This document shows, one piece after another, positions 1 to 9,268 of a stretch of DNA of 64,000 nucleotides. Each line of letters begins with the position of its first letter. The stretch's first letter is position 1. Below the pieces are notes generated by a model, which saw nothing but the letters and a program-made list of their open reading frames with translations, had not been told where the DNA came from and did not search any database. The DNA is from an uncultured bacterium (GTDB lineage: Bacteria; UBP7; UBA6624): positions 27,979 to 91,978 of the forward strand of contig CAXGSM010000001.1 of NCBI GenBank assembly GCA_964012435.1. Reading direction: 5' to 3'. The position numbers and the translations under genes were made by a program.

Positions 1-1240
1 CTTCTTGATCTGCAGCAGCTGGTATCGATTGGTTTGCTGCAGGATGGCTAAGTATTCTATTTTCCACACATAGAGCATCTGCTGTATATTGGCTAACCAT
101 TAATCCTGAATTGAAGCCTGGATCTTCTGTGAGAAAAGGAGGTAAGCCTCCTGAGAGAGCTGGGTTTACAAGCCTGTTCATCCTCCTTTCTGATAGCACT
201 CCAACCATAGATAGCCCAACCCCAATCATTTCCATTGGCAAAGCTACAGGGGTTCCTTGAAAATTTGCCCCAGTTAAAACTTCTTTTTCTTCTGGCAAAA
301 AGATTGGATTGTCTCCAACGCCATTTAGTTCAATTTCAACTTGTTTCAATGTGTAAGAAAGCGAATCTCTAAGCGTTCCTGCTACTTGAGGCGTGGATCT
401 TAAAGAGTAAGCATCTTGTAGTTTTTTATTTTTAGAATTTAGAATTTCTGACCCTTCTGTTAAGTTGGTAATATTTTTTGCTACTTTTTTAGAGCCTGTA
501 AAACCTCTTAATTCATGGAGTTTTGATTTGTAAGGTTTCATATTTGCATTCAGAGCCTCAAGTGTCATTGAGGCTGATAGATCATGTGTTTTTAACCATA
601 ATTTTGCATCATTGAGAATTAAAGCTGAAAGTGCCGTGAGGACATTTGAGCCATTGATTATTGAGAGTCCATCCCTTGCCGCAAGCTTTAAAGGTTTAAT
701 TTTTGCTTTAGCGAGAGCGTTTTTTGCACTCATTAGTTTATCTTTATAAAAGGCATCACCTTCACCCATCATAGTTAAAGCAATTTGACTCATTGGAGCA
801 AGGTCTCCACATGCCCCTACAGATCCTTTTTCACAAACATAAGGAACCACATCGCTATTGAGGATCTCAATCATTTTTTCAGTGATTTCTTTTCTGCCAC
901 CAGAGAAACCTTTGCAGTGAACGTTTATTCTTCCACACATTGCACCTCTAACAATTTCTTTTGGCATTGCCTTCCCTATGCCAGCAGCATGAGAGTAAAC
1001 AAGATGATTTTGAAATTTTTGAGTTTGCTCTTCGTCTAAAGTTACTTCGGAAAATTCTCCAATTCCTGTATTTATCCCATACATAGGTTCTTTTTTTTCT
1101 ATTTTTTCTTCAACCATGTCTCTGCATTTTTTGATTCGAGTCCAGCATTCGTCTTCAATATCAAGATTAACCTTCCCTCTAGAAACCTTTGTGAGCATTC
1201 TTGCTGTTAGGTTGTAGCCATTTAAATAAAATTTCTTCAT
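1..1240 (-). CDS. hutH: Histidine/aromatic amino acid ammonia-lyase family enzyme (MIO-dependent). The C-terminal part lies beyond the left edge of the window.
   Basis: My own minus-strand translation from ATG (complement of 1238..1240) reads MKKFYLNGYNL...GINTGIGEF...LVYSHAAGIG...GSVGACGDLAPM...NGSN...QDAYSLRSTPQV...GDNP...FQGTPVA...SQYTA. It is open to position 1. It is missing from the ORF track because it is truncated by the window edge. Confidence 0.8.
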   Translation of the reverse strand, partial: MKKFYLNGYNLTARMLTKVSRGKVNLDIEDECWTRIKKCRDMVEEKIEKKEPMYGINTGIGEFSEVTLDEEQTQKFQNHLVYSHAAGIGKAMPKEIVRGAMCGRINVHCKGFSGGRKEITEKMIEILNSDVVPYVCEKGSVGACGDLAPMSQIALTMMGEGDAFYKDKLMSAKNALAKAKIKPLKLAARDGLSIINGSNVLTALSALILNDAKLWLKTHDLSASMTLEALNANMKPYKSKLHELRGFTGSKKVAKNITNLTEGSEILNSKNKKLQDAYSLRSTPQVAGTLRDSLSYTLKQVEIELNGVGDNPIFLPEEKEVLTGANFQGTPVALPMEMIGVGLSMVGVLSERRMNRLVNPALSGGLPPFLTEDPGFNSGLMVSQYTADALCVENRILSHPAANQSIPAAADQE

Positions 1241-1243
1241 AGT

Positions 1244-1876
1244 TTGAATTCTAGATTGTCTTATGATACTTTTGTGGGAACAACTCCTTTGCTTCTTTTT
1301 GAAATACTTGCTATTTTTCTATTTGGTAACTTAATGAATATCAAAGTTTCTTTATCTGATGGTGCCAGAATTCAGTCCTTGGTTATTGGCTTCTTAACAG
1401 GTCTTATTGTTTTATTTTTTAAAGAAAATATATTATCGCTGTCAGCTTATTTCATACTTTTGCTTGCCGTTGCTCCTCATTTTGCATTTAAACCAGATAG
1501 GAGGAATAATGGAAGTAGGTTGATGTTAGGTGTCGGGGCTTCTTTTTTGGTTTCGTATACTTATTTATTTCTTGCTGTTTATCTTGCTAGATCAGGGAGT
1601 GGAGAAATGGCTTTGATAAATGCATGCATTCCAATCCTTTTCCCTTATTTCTCATGGGTTTGTGGTACAGTGATATTTAATTTTGAGCAACGTTTAAAGC
1701 CTGGTTTTTTCATAGTCGCATGTTTGGCTTTTGTTTTTTCTTTAGGTTTTTGTTTTAACTTGTTTTTTAAAGAGCATATTACTTATTTTTATTTATGCTT
1801 TTTGTCATGGTTGTTTTGGTTTCTTTCAAGAAAGATGCGAATTGATCAGGAAAAAAAGAAGCTTGCAGAGCTATAG
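1244..1876 (+). CDS. Hypothetical polytopic membrane protein
   Basis: The 210-aa ORF has several hydrophobic helices and a basic C-terminal tail. The track start is TTG, and an internal ATG (MNIKVSL) is an alternative. I recognise no motif. Confidence 0.45.
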   Translation: MNSRLSYDTFVGTTPLLLFEILAIFLFGNLMNIKVSLSDGARIQSLVIGFLTGLIVLFFKENILSLSAYFILLLAVAPHFAFKPDRRNNGSRLMLGVGASFLVSYTYLFLAVYLARSGSGEMALINACIPILFPYFSWVCGTVIFNFEQRLKPGFFIVACLAFVFSLGFCFNLFFKEHITYFYLCFLSWLFWFLSRKMRIDQEKKKLAEL

Positions 1877-1879
1877 CAG

Positions 1880-2839
1880 TTAAAGATTTTTGATTTGTGA
1901 TTCATCTGCATTGCCGCCTGAAACGATAGCAACAACATTTAATTCTTTTTTGTTTTTTGTCCATGACTCCGGAAAAAGACCATTCAAAATTGGAGCCGTT
2001 GCTGCTGCTCCAGCTGGTTCGACTATCCAATTATTATTTTCCATTAGTTTTTTTTGCGTTTTGAATATGTCACGATCGTCAAGAAGAAGTATTTTTTCAA
2101 CATTTTTTTTACAGATTTCCACGTTGATGTTACCCGTACTCAATGGGCATAAACCTTGAATTTCTGTTTCTATTCTTTTGAGAAAATATTCATGACCAGC
2201 TTTGAGGCCTTTTGTTAAATTAGGTGAACCTTTTGGCTCTACTCCTAATATCTTAACTTTTGAACCCAGCGTTCTTTTCAGAGCTAGAGATATACCGGAT
2301 ATACTGCCCCCTCCACCTGAGGCGACACATACAACATCAACTTCAGGCCATTGCTCTGCTATCTCTAAGCCAATCGTTCCAGCCCCTTCAATTGTTTTTG
2401 CAGAATTGTATGGATGAATTAGTGTTAATCCCTGCCTAACAAGCTTGGCGCATTCATCTTCAGCTTCTTTTCTTGAGGATCCAAGAAACACCTCAGCACC
2501 AAAATCCTGACAAGCTTTAATTTTGTTTCTGTATGCTTTCTTTTCCATGCATATTGTTGCAGGAATAGAGTATTTTTTTGCAGCCCAAGAAACTGCTTTT
2601 CCGTGGTTCCCAGAGCTTGTTGAAACTACACCTTTCTTTTTTTGCTCTTCGCTTAATTGCAGAATATGATTTATTGCGCCTCTCGCCTTGAATGAATTTG
2701 TTTTTTGCAAGCATTCAAGCTTTAATTTGAGTTTAATTTTAGAGTTACCTGATTCGAAATCAATTAGTGGTGTTTTTACAATATGTTTTTCAATCCTTCG
2801 TAAAGCTTTTTTAAAATCAATCGAGGAGATTTTTTGCAT
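1880..2839 (-). CDS. PLP-dependent threonine/serine dehydratase family enzyme (fold type II)
   Basis: It has the SFKARGA PLP-lysine motif, a GGGGSISG glycine loop and SSGNHG. At 319 aa it lacks an ACT regulatory domain. Confidence 0.8.
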   Translation of the reverse strand: MQKISSIDFKKALRRIEKHIVKTPLIDFESGNSKIKLKLKLECLQKTNSFKARGAINHILQLSEEQKKKGVVSTSSGNHGKAVSWAAKKYSIPATICMEKKAYRNKIKACQDFGAEVFLGSSRKEAEDECAKLVRQGLTLIHPYNSAKTIEGAGTIGLEIAEQWPEVDVVCVASGGGGSISGISLALKRTLGSKVKILGVEPKGSPNLTKGLKAGHEYFLKRIETEIQGLCPLSTGNINVEICKKNVEKILLLDDRDIFKTQKKLMENNNWIVEPAGAAATAPILNGLFPESWTKNKKELNVVAIVSGGNADESQIKNL

Positions 2840-2843
2840 TTTT

Positions 2844-3770
2844 TTAGCTATTTTCTTCTAGCCAATGAATAGCATTAAGTGCTGCCTTTACACCATCGCC
2901 AGCACTTGTTATTAATTGTTTGTAATGATGGTCAGAACAGTCCCCTGCAGACCAAATTCCTTTTACGCTTGTTTCTTGTTTGTTGTTAACGTCTATATAG
3001 CCTTGATCATCAAGGTCAACAAAATTTTTTATAAAGTTTGTATTTGGGTTATGTCCTATAAAAATAAACACACCATCTGTTTCAAAGGTTTCATTTTTAT
3101 TGTTTTTAACATTTTTCAATTCAACATTTTCAACCTTGTTTTTTCCATTTATCTTTTCAATAACACAATCAAGTTTCCAGTCAATTTTTTCATTTTTTTT
3201 GGCTCTCTCTAGTATTACTGGAGTAGCTCTGAATTCTTGCCTTCTATGTATTACAGTTACTTTTTTTGCAAACCTTGTTAGAAATAAACCCTCTTCAATT
3301 GCGCTGTTTCCACCACCTATTACAACAACTTCTTTATCCCTGAAGAAAGCTCCATCACATGTTGCACATGTTGAAACACCGAGGCCCATAAGCTCTCTTT
3401 CTCCGGGGACACCAATTTCTTTGGCTTTTGATCCCGGAGCCAGGATTATCGCTTTTGATAACCAATTCCCATTAGAGGTTTTTAAGGTGAAATTTCCTGC
3501 AGAGCCTTCTATTGATTCAACAAAACTGTATTCAGTTTTTGCACCAAATTTTTCAGCATGATTCAAAAAAAGCATTGCTATCTCTGGTCCAGATATAGGG
3601 TTTTCTACACCTAATCCAGGATAGTTTTCCACCTCATTTGTTAATGTGATTTGACCCCCTGGGTTTTCTCCTTCAAAGATTACAACATTTAAATTTGATC
3701 TTGCAGCATATAGGGCTGCAGCCATTCCGGCTGACCCACCACCAACGATTGCTAAATCTATTTTGTTCAT
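2844..3770 (-). CDS. trxB: Thioredoxin-disulfide reductase
   Basis: It has an N-terminal GGGSAG FAD motif, the redox-active CATCDG motif, a GGGNSAIEEG NADPH motif and a C-terminal GDC motif. Confidence 0.9.
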   Translation of the reverse strand: MNKIDLAIVGGGSAGMAAALYAARSNLNVVIFEGENPGGQITLTNEVENYPGLGVENPISGPEIAMLFLNHAEKFGAKTEYSFVESIEGSAGNFTLKTSNGNWLSKAIILAPGSKAKEIGVPGERELMGLGVSTCATCDGAFFRDKEVVVIGGGNSAIEEGLFLTRFAKKVTVIHRRQEFRATPVILERAKKNEKIDWKLDCVIEKINGKNKVENVELKNVKNNKNETFETDGVFIFIGHNPNTNFIKNFVDLDDQGYIDVNNKQETSVKGIWSAGDCSDHHYKQLITSAGDGVKAALNAIHWLEENS

Positions 3771-4007
3771 TTAAAGTTTCAATTTTAAAGGTAGTTTTGA
3801 AAAGATGTAACCCGAAGCGAAGGAAAGGAGTAAAAGCCAACCAACTTTGATTTTTCCAGCTTCTGGAAGCAGGAATGAGAATTCCACATCTTGTGATGAT
3901 ATTTTTACAACAATCCAGATAAAAAAACCAAGAATAAGCATTGCTGTTGCCTTTGTAAAACTTATAGGTATTACAGGTTTCTTATTTTTGTTTTTTTTGT
4001 TTTCCAT
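3771..4007 (-). CDS. Small membrane protein, function unknown
   Basis: The 78-aa ORF has a Lys-rich N-terminus and two hydrophobic helices. Its stop codon directly abuts the trxB start. Confidence 0.4.
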   Translation of the reverse strand: MENKKNKNKKPVIPISFTKATAMLILGFFIWIVVKISSQDVEFSFLLPEAGKIKVGWLLLLSFASGYIFSKLPLKLKL

Positions 4008-4037
4008 TTTGGGCTTTCCAAGTTTAACATACCTGAT

Positions 4038-4808
4038 ATGAATAAAAATATATTGTTAGGTTCTTTTTCTCAAGCTAATTTCGGAGATGATTGGATCCTT
4101 GGTGATGCTATGAAAAAATGGGAAACTAATCGAGTTTGCGCCAAAGGTTCAGTCCCGAAAAAATGTAATTTTTCTTTTTCTTTTTTTAAAAATGTCATTC
4201 TGCCAGGAGGTGGTGTTTTTCAGGATAGAACTTCAAATGCATCTTTTTATTGGTATTTTTTTATGGTTTTGATGTCAAGAAAAGCACAGGCTTTTGACAT
4301 GGATTTAACTGAATTAAAAAGCCCTTTTAAAAGATTTTTATTAAATTTTTTGATTAATTTAAAATTTGAACTTTTTGAATTAAGGCCAGGAACAGTTTTT
4401 TTTAACCTTAAGGAAGGCTCGGATTCAGTTCAACATAATTTTGATGAATTTGTTAGAGAAGGTGTGGCATGGTGTCCTTATCCAACAGATAAATTCATTC
4501 CTGCTTTAGTAGATTCTGTGTTTATTTCGGATAAAAGAGATTATGTTTGTGATTTTCGTAATTTCAATTATTTGCATCACCAAACAGAAGATATCAAAAA
4601 AAGTTTTATGTTTTTGTCAAGCAAGGATTCCATAATTAGTTCCAGATATCATCCTCTTTTGCTTGCATGGATGAATGGCCAAAAAGGTCTTGGTATCGGG
4701 CCTCAAAATGGAAAGATTCATCATTTATGCAAAAGAGCTGGTTTTCCTTATTCCTGCAGTAATGAGAACTTACCAAAACCTCAAATTGCTAATTCAAAAT
4801 GGATTTAA
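4038..4808 (+). CDS. Polysaccharide pyruvyl transferase (CsaB-like) family protein
   Basis: The N-terminal pattern LLGSFSQANFGDDWILGDAM resembles the GyyG..N.GD..iL signature. The C-terminal SSRYHPLLLAW resembles the RlHalI motif. It sits directly upstream of a TagA-like gene, as in csaB-tagA pairs. Confidence 0.5.
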   Translation: MNKNILLGSFSQANFGDDWILGDAMKKWETNRVCAKGSVPKKCNFSFSFFKNVILPGGGVFQDRTSNASFYWYFFMVLMSRKAQAFDMDLTELKSPFKRFLLNFLINLKFELFELRPGTVFFNLKEGSDSVQHNFDEFVREGVAWCPYPTDKFIPALVDSVFISDKRDYVCDFRNFNYLHHQTEDIKKSFMFLSSKDSIISSRYHPLLLAWMNGQKGLGIGPQNGKIHHLCKRAGFPYSCSNENLPKPQIANSKWI

Positions 4809-5509
4809 AAAGAGTTTTTTTCCTAGATAGAGAAATTGTTATCTCTAACAAAGAGCAAATAATAAAGTTTATTTTGTCTTCATCGAAGCAAGATAAAACG
4901 TTGAAAATTTTTACCTTGAACCCAGAAACGTGGCTGAAAACAAGAGATTTAGACTTTGATGATGATGTTTTGTGGATACCTGAAAGCATAAGTGTTTATT
5001 ACGCAATGGTTTTCTTAGGCCTTAAGGGTTGTAGGTTACCTGGTATAGATCTTGTATCCAGCCTGCTGAAGGAAAATTTTTTGAATGTTATTTCCTGGGG
5101 GGGGAGTGATGAAGATTGCAAAATCTTGAAAAATAACTGGGATCATTTAAGCTTCAAGTCAAAAATCATCGAAGCCTTTGATGGTTTCTCTGAAAATCAA
5201 AAAGAATTAATTAAGTTGATAGCTGAAACTAAAAAAGTAATTGTTTTAGTCGGGAAGGGTGCAGGCTTACAAGAGCGTAACATTATTCAAATTGCAATTA
5301 AAAAGAACCCCTGTGTTTACTTTGGTGTTGGTGGCACTTTAGACGTTTTTTCGATGAAAAAAACAAGAGCGCCTTCGGTAATGGTCAAATTTGGATTCGA
5401 ATTCTTGTGGAGAATACTTTTTGAACCAAGAAGATTAATTAGAATGATAAATTGTTATCCTGTATTTTTTATTGAGGTTTTGAGGAGTAAGTTTTGTATA
5501 AAGAAATAA
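4799..5509 (+). CDS. WecB/TagA/CpsF family glycosyltransferase
   Basis: It contains GVGGTLDVFSMKKTRAP, matching the family motif GVGGsFDv.aG...RAP. The length of 236 aa is typical. Confidence 0.7.
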   Translation: MDLKRVFFLDREIVISNKEQIIKFILSSSKQDKTLKIFTLNPETWLKTRDLDFDDDVLWIPESISVYYAMVFLGLKGCRLPGIDLVSSLLKENFLNVISWGGSDEDCKILKNNWDHLSFKSKIIEAFDGFSENQKELIKLIAETKKVIVLVGKGAGLQERNIIQIAIKKNPCVYFGVGGTLDVFSMKKTRAPSVMVKFGFEFLWRILFEPRRLIRMINCYPVFFIEVLRSKFCIKK

Positions 5510-6168
5510 ATAAGTCTTTGCATCTTTTTAGTTGTAATTTCTTTTTTATTTTCTTCATTGCACTTTTTTCTTTTTCAGCGTATTTTCAAAAAAATGTGTT
5601 TTTAAGTGTTTATTTCAATACAGAAGAAGAGCTTCAGGATGTTTTGATATACATTGAAGATTCAAAAGATTTTTTTCCAAGTTTTGAAATTTTTACACCT
5701 GAAATGAATCTTGATTTTTTGTCTTCTAGATTTAATGTTGACCTTGACAGCGTTCCTTCCGATCAGATTTTTTGGTCAGTAAATATTTATCCCGAAAAGG
5801 GGCAGGATGTTTCTGACTTTAAAGAAAAGGTAGAGATTTTAATGCCCTCTGATAATTTAGTTGGATTGGATAATATTGATTTTTATAATCAGATTGCTGT
5901 TAATTTTAAAAATTTATCTTTTCTATTTGGTTCTTTATGGCTGCTTTTTTTGTTATTTTTCTTGAATCAAAAAATAAAAAATTTAATTTTTGTTTTTACC
6001 TCTAGCGCTTTTTTAACTGTTGTTTTTAGTGCCTTTTCTATGAGGTTTTTGTATTTTGTTTCATCATCAGATGTTCGTTCTATTTTGCAAAATTTGTGGC
6101 TGTATGTTTTTGTTATGAATATTTTCTTGTTTTTTGTTTATAAAAAAAGGTATTTTCAAAAAACATGA
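5494..6168 (+). CDS. FtsX-like four-helix membrane protein (tentative)
   Basis: The topology is TM1, an extracytoplasmic loop of about 110 aa, then three C-terminal TM helices, as in FtsX. It lies directly upstream of an EnvC-like M23 peptidase. I recognise no sequence motif. Confidence 0.35.
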   Translation: MYKEINKSLHLFSCNFFFIFFIALFSFSAYFQKNVFLSVYFNTEEELQDVLIYIEDSKDFFPSFEIFTPEMNLDFLSSRFNVDLDSVPSDQIFWSVNIYPEKGQDVSDFKEKVEILMPSDNLVGLDNIDFYNQIAVNFKNLSFLFGSLWLLFLLFFLNQKIKNLIFVFTSSAFLTVVFSAFSMRFLYFVSSSDVRSILQNLWLYVFVMNIFLFFVYKKRYFQKT

Positions 6169-7229
6169 ATATCCTCTGTGTCTTTTTTATGTTTTTTTTA
6201 GAGAAGATACCTCAAGATTTGCAAGAAATATGGTCTGAGATCGATTCTGTTAATATAAATTTAGATTTACATAAGGATAAGGTTGAACAAAACAAAATAT
6301 CTATTCGAGAAGCCGAAGAAGAGGCGAATTCTATTGAAAGCAACATTGAAGCTTTGACAAACAAGAAGAATCAATTTTTTGTTTTAAAAATCCAACTAGA
6401 AGAAGAGATTAAACAGCATTATTCAAGACTTTCCTCTGTTCTTAATGCCTCCTTGAAGGACAAGCAAATAATTCCTTCGTGGTTTATGGTTTTTGGTTAC
6501 GAAAAGAATTTGGATGCTTACCAAGAAAAAGTTAAAAACATGACAGGGGCTATATTCTCAATGGAATCTTCTCTTTCAAAAGTTTCTGTCGACATTGGAA
6601 TGGTCGAAGATTTTTTAAGTGATTCTGAATTCAAAAAGGATGGTGTCTATAAGTCCATTAGCAAAAAAGAATCTGAACTTTCTGCAAGCTTGGATGCTTT
6701 AGAGCAATTTAACAGCACTTATAAGCAGGAAATCACAAACCTCTGGCATAAACGAAACCAGCTTGAGCTAGAGGTTGATGCGGAGACAATACTTACCTAT
6801 AGGGGTGCAAGATGGGAGTTACCTTTGTACAAGCCTTGTGAAGGCCGTTTGTCAAGCCCTTTTGACCCCAAGAGGCTTCATCCGGTTTTAGGTTATGTTA
6901 GACCCCATAATGGGCAAGATATTGCAGCTCCAAAAGGTACGCCCGTTTATGCTGCTGAGACAGGAAGAGTTATTTTCGTAGGTGAAAGAGGTGGTAATTG
7001 GGCTGGTTTAGGTAAATTTGTAATCATTCAGCATGCTGAAGGCTGGACAACAAGGTATGCTCATTTAAGTAAAATACTGATAGACAATGAAAAAGCAGTT
7101 AAGAGAGGTGACCTTATAGGCTTGGTTGGCAGTACTGGATTATCAACAGGACCTCATCTTCATTTTGAAACAAGAAAAAATGATATCCCTTACGACCCTC
7201 AGCCTTATTTAAAATCTGATGAAAAATAA
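6165..7229 (+). CDS. Coiled-coil M23 family metallopeptidase (EnvC-like architecture)
   Basis: A long N-terminal heptad/coiled-coil region is followed by an M23 domain with HNGQD (HxxxD) and GPHLHFE (HxH) zinc ligands intact. Confidence 0.85.
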   Translation: MNILCVFFMFFLEKIPQDLQEIWSEIDSVNINLDLHKDKVEQNKISIREAEEEANSIESNIEALTNKKNQFFVLKIQLEEEIKQHYSRLSSVLNASLKDKQIIPSWFMVFGYEKNLDAYQEKVKNMTGAIFSMESSLSKVSVDIGMVEDFLSDSEFKKDGVYKSISKKESELSASLDALEQFNSTYKQEITNLWHKRNQLELEVDAETILTYRGARWELPLYKPCEGRLSSPFDPKRLHPVLGYVRPHNGQDIAAPKGTPVYAAETGRVIFVGERGGNWAGLGKFVIIQHAEGWTTRYAHLSKILIDNEKAVKRGDLIGLVGSTGLSTGPHLHFETRKNDIPYDPQPYLKSDEK

Positions 7230-8484
7230 TTTAAAAAAAACACTAACAATAATCCAGTTTTTCTTAGCGGTTTTTTTGGTTTTTATTGTTTTGGAAACCT
7301 ATGACGAGTCAAGCGTCAATGAATCGCCAGCAACAAAAGATGTTAACGCTTCTGCTAGCTCTTTTGAGGGTGTGTCGTATATGGAAGAAGCTTGGAAAGT
7401 TGTCGAAGACAGGTATTTTGAAGACCTGAATGAAGAAAAGAAAAGAGAGATTACTGAAAATGCTATATCTGGAATGATGTCTTCTTTTGATAGATATAGT
7501 CGTTTTGTTCCACCAACTGAATCAAAAATACAATGGGAAAATACAGAGGGTGAATTTGGTGGAATAGGTGTAACTATTGCCCCTTATGGTAAATTTTTGC
7601 AAGTCGTATCAGTTGTGAAAGGCGGACCTGCTTATAAGTCGGAAATAAAAAATGGAGACATTATTATTTCTGCAGATGGAAATTCTTTCGAAAATTCAAG
7701 TTATGAAGAATCTGTTTCCTATGTAAGGGGACCAATAGGCAAGGCTGTTCAATTAGAGGTGATAGATTCAACAACAGCAGAGACGCTAAATGTTTCAGTT
7801 GTTCGTGAAATTGTTGTTGTCCCATCCATTGGAAAAGTTGAGCAATTAAATGACAAAACTTATTTCATTGAATTGCTCCAGTTTAACAAGAATACACCTT
7901 CGTTGCTTAAACAAGAATTAATATCCGCAATTGACAAAGGCGCTGAAAGTCTTATTTTGGATTTAAGAGGAAATCCTGGAGGCGAATTGTATTCTTGCTT
8001 GGAGATAGTAGATTTATTTTTAGATGAAGGTTTGATAGTTAGTATCAAGTTCAAAAATGATGAAAAAAGTTTTTCTGCAAAGCCTGGAGACATTGGCGAG
8101 GATTTAAGCTTGGTAGTTCTTGTTGACGGATATAGCGCTTCAGCAAGTGAGATATTTGCTGGAGCTATTCAAGATCATGAAAGAGGTTTGATTGTAGGGA
8201 ATAGAACTTTTGGTAAGGGTTTAGTTCAGCATGGTGAAAATCTCGACAGTGGTGGCTCAGTCATTATTACAACAGCAGTTTATTTGACCCCAAATGGTAA
8301 TCAGGTGAATGGAAATGGAATAAATCCTGATTTTGAAATCTCTAGTTCCGAGGATGAAAAAGTGATTCAAATTCTTGCAGAAATAGAAAGCCTTCAAGGG
8401 CAAATATCTGCTTTGAGGACAGATATTCGCGATAGGATAGGTGACTTGATGCTAGAAAAGGCTATTGAGGAAGTTAAAAAATGA
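7219..8484 (+). CDS. S41 family C-terminal processing peptidase with PDZ domain
   Basis: It has GGIGV at the start of the PDZ domain, RGNPGG, SASASEIFAGA (nucleophile region) and TFGKGLVQ (catalytic Lys region). Confidence 0.85.
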   Translation: MKNNLKKTLTIIQFFLAVFLVFIVLETYDESSVNESPATKDVNASASSFEGVSYMEEAWKVVEDRYFEDLNEEKKREITENAISGMMSSFDRYSRFVPPTESKIQWENTEGEFGGIGVTIAPYGKFLQVVSVVKGGPAYKSEIKNGDIIISADGNSFENSSYEESVSYVRGPIGKAVQLEVIDSTTAETLNVSVVREIVVVPSIGKVEQLNDKTYFIELLQFNKNTPSLLKQELISAIDKGAESLILDLRGNPGGELYSCLEIVDLFLDEGLIVSIKFKNDEKSFSAKPGDIGEDLSLVVLVDGYSASASEIFAGAIQDHERGLIVGNRTFGKGLVQHGENLDSGGSVIITTAVYLTPNGNQVNGNGINPDFEISSSEDEKVIQILAEIESLQGQISALRTDIRDRIGDLMLEKAIEEVKK

Positions 8485-8846
8485 GATATTCAATAAAGGA
8501 AGGGATGCTGTCTTGGCTTTTGCATAGGTTAACAGGAATTGGAATTTTTATTTTTTTAATTATTCACGTTATGGGAGCAATTTATTTAAAAATTGGTCCA
8601 GAGGAATGGAATCATCATGTTGAATTATTCAATACTCCCTTTTTTAGAGTTGCTGAGGTTGGCTTGATGGGAGCTATTCTTTGGCATGGCTTGAATGGAT
8701 TAAGAATTATTATTATTGATTTTTCAGGCATAAGAACAAGCCATTTTGCTAAATTTTTATTTTGGATAATTGTTTTTTTAACGGTTTTGCTTATGCTTCC
8801 TGGAACCTATATATTATTAAAACCTTTGTTTGAGGGTGCTGCCTAA
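8481..8846 (+). CDS. sdhC: Succinate dehydrogenase cytochrome b subunit
   Basis: The 121-aa protein has three helices with conserved His residues. It lies immediately upstream of sdhD, sdhA and sdhB. Confidence 0.7.
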   Translation: MRYSIKEGMLSWLLHRLTGIGIFIFLIIHVMGAIYLKIGPEEWNHHVELFNTPFFRVAEVGLMGAILWHGLNGLRIIIIDFSGIRTSHFAKFLFWIIVFLTVLLMLPGTYILLKPLFEGAA

Positions 8847-9268
8847 TGAGCTACAAAAAAGTGCCAGGAACTTTTGCATGGTGGTTTCAGAGAATATCTG
8901 GATCTTTTTTGATAATACTTATTTTTATTCATTTTATAGATGTTCATTTTATTTTTGGTGTTGAAAATTTAGAGTATGAAACAGTTGCCGAAAAATGGAA
9001 TAAACCCTTTTGGAGAATAATGGATGCATTGATGCTTATTTTAGGCATGATTCATGGCGCAAATGGGATTGAATCAATCCTTTTAGATTATAAAAAAATT
9101 AGAAAGTATAAAACTTATTGGATTTTTTTTGTAAGGGCTATATCGGCTGTAACTATTATCGTTGGTTCATGGATTATCATTACCTTTTCTCCAGAAGAAA
9201 AAAGTATGGCTGAATATGGAAGCCCTGCAGCTGAAATGCAAGATGAAGCAAGTGAGAGTTATGAATAA
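8846..9268 (+). CDS. sdhD: Succinate dehydrogenase membrane anchor subunit
   Basis: The 140-aa membrane protein is the second of two anchor genes before sdhA. It overlaps sdhC by 1 nt (TAATG) and has an acidic C-terminal tail. Confidence 0.6.
   Translation: MSYKKVPGTFAWWFQRISGSFLIILIFIHFIDVHFIFGVENLEYETVAEKWNKPFWRIMDALMLILGMIHGANGIESILLDYKKIRKYKTYWIFFVRAISAVTIIVGSWIIITFSPEEKSMAEYGSPAAEMQDEASESYE

Noticed and set aside
9162-9260. N-terminal extensions of track ORFs that overlap the preceding gene: 9162..9260, 10771..10992, 13700..13732, 19948..20049, 19992..20183 (minus), 35040..35180 (minus), 36485..36580 and 47896..47934
   Set aside because: In each case an internal ATG gives a protein that begins at the conserved N-terminus of its family, for example MNKHQYDVIVIGAGG for SdhA, MRINKYLS for the S4 domain and MKVFSTNKKAHYLYEI for SmpB. 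It also removes long overlaps. The extensions come from open frames in AT-rich DNA.
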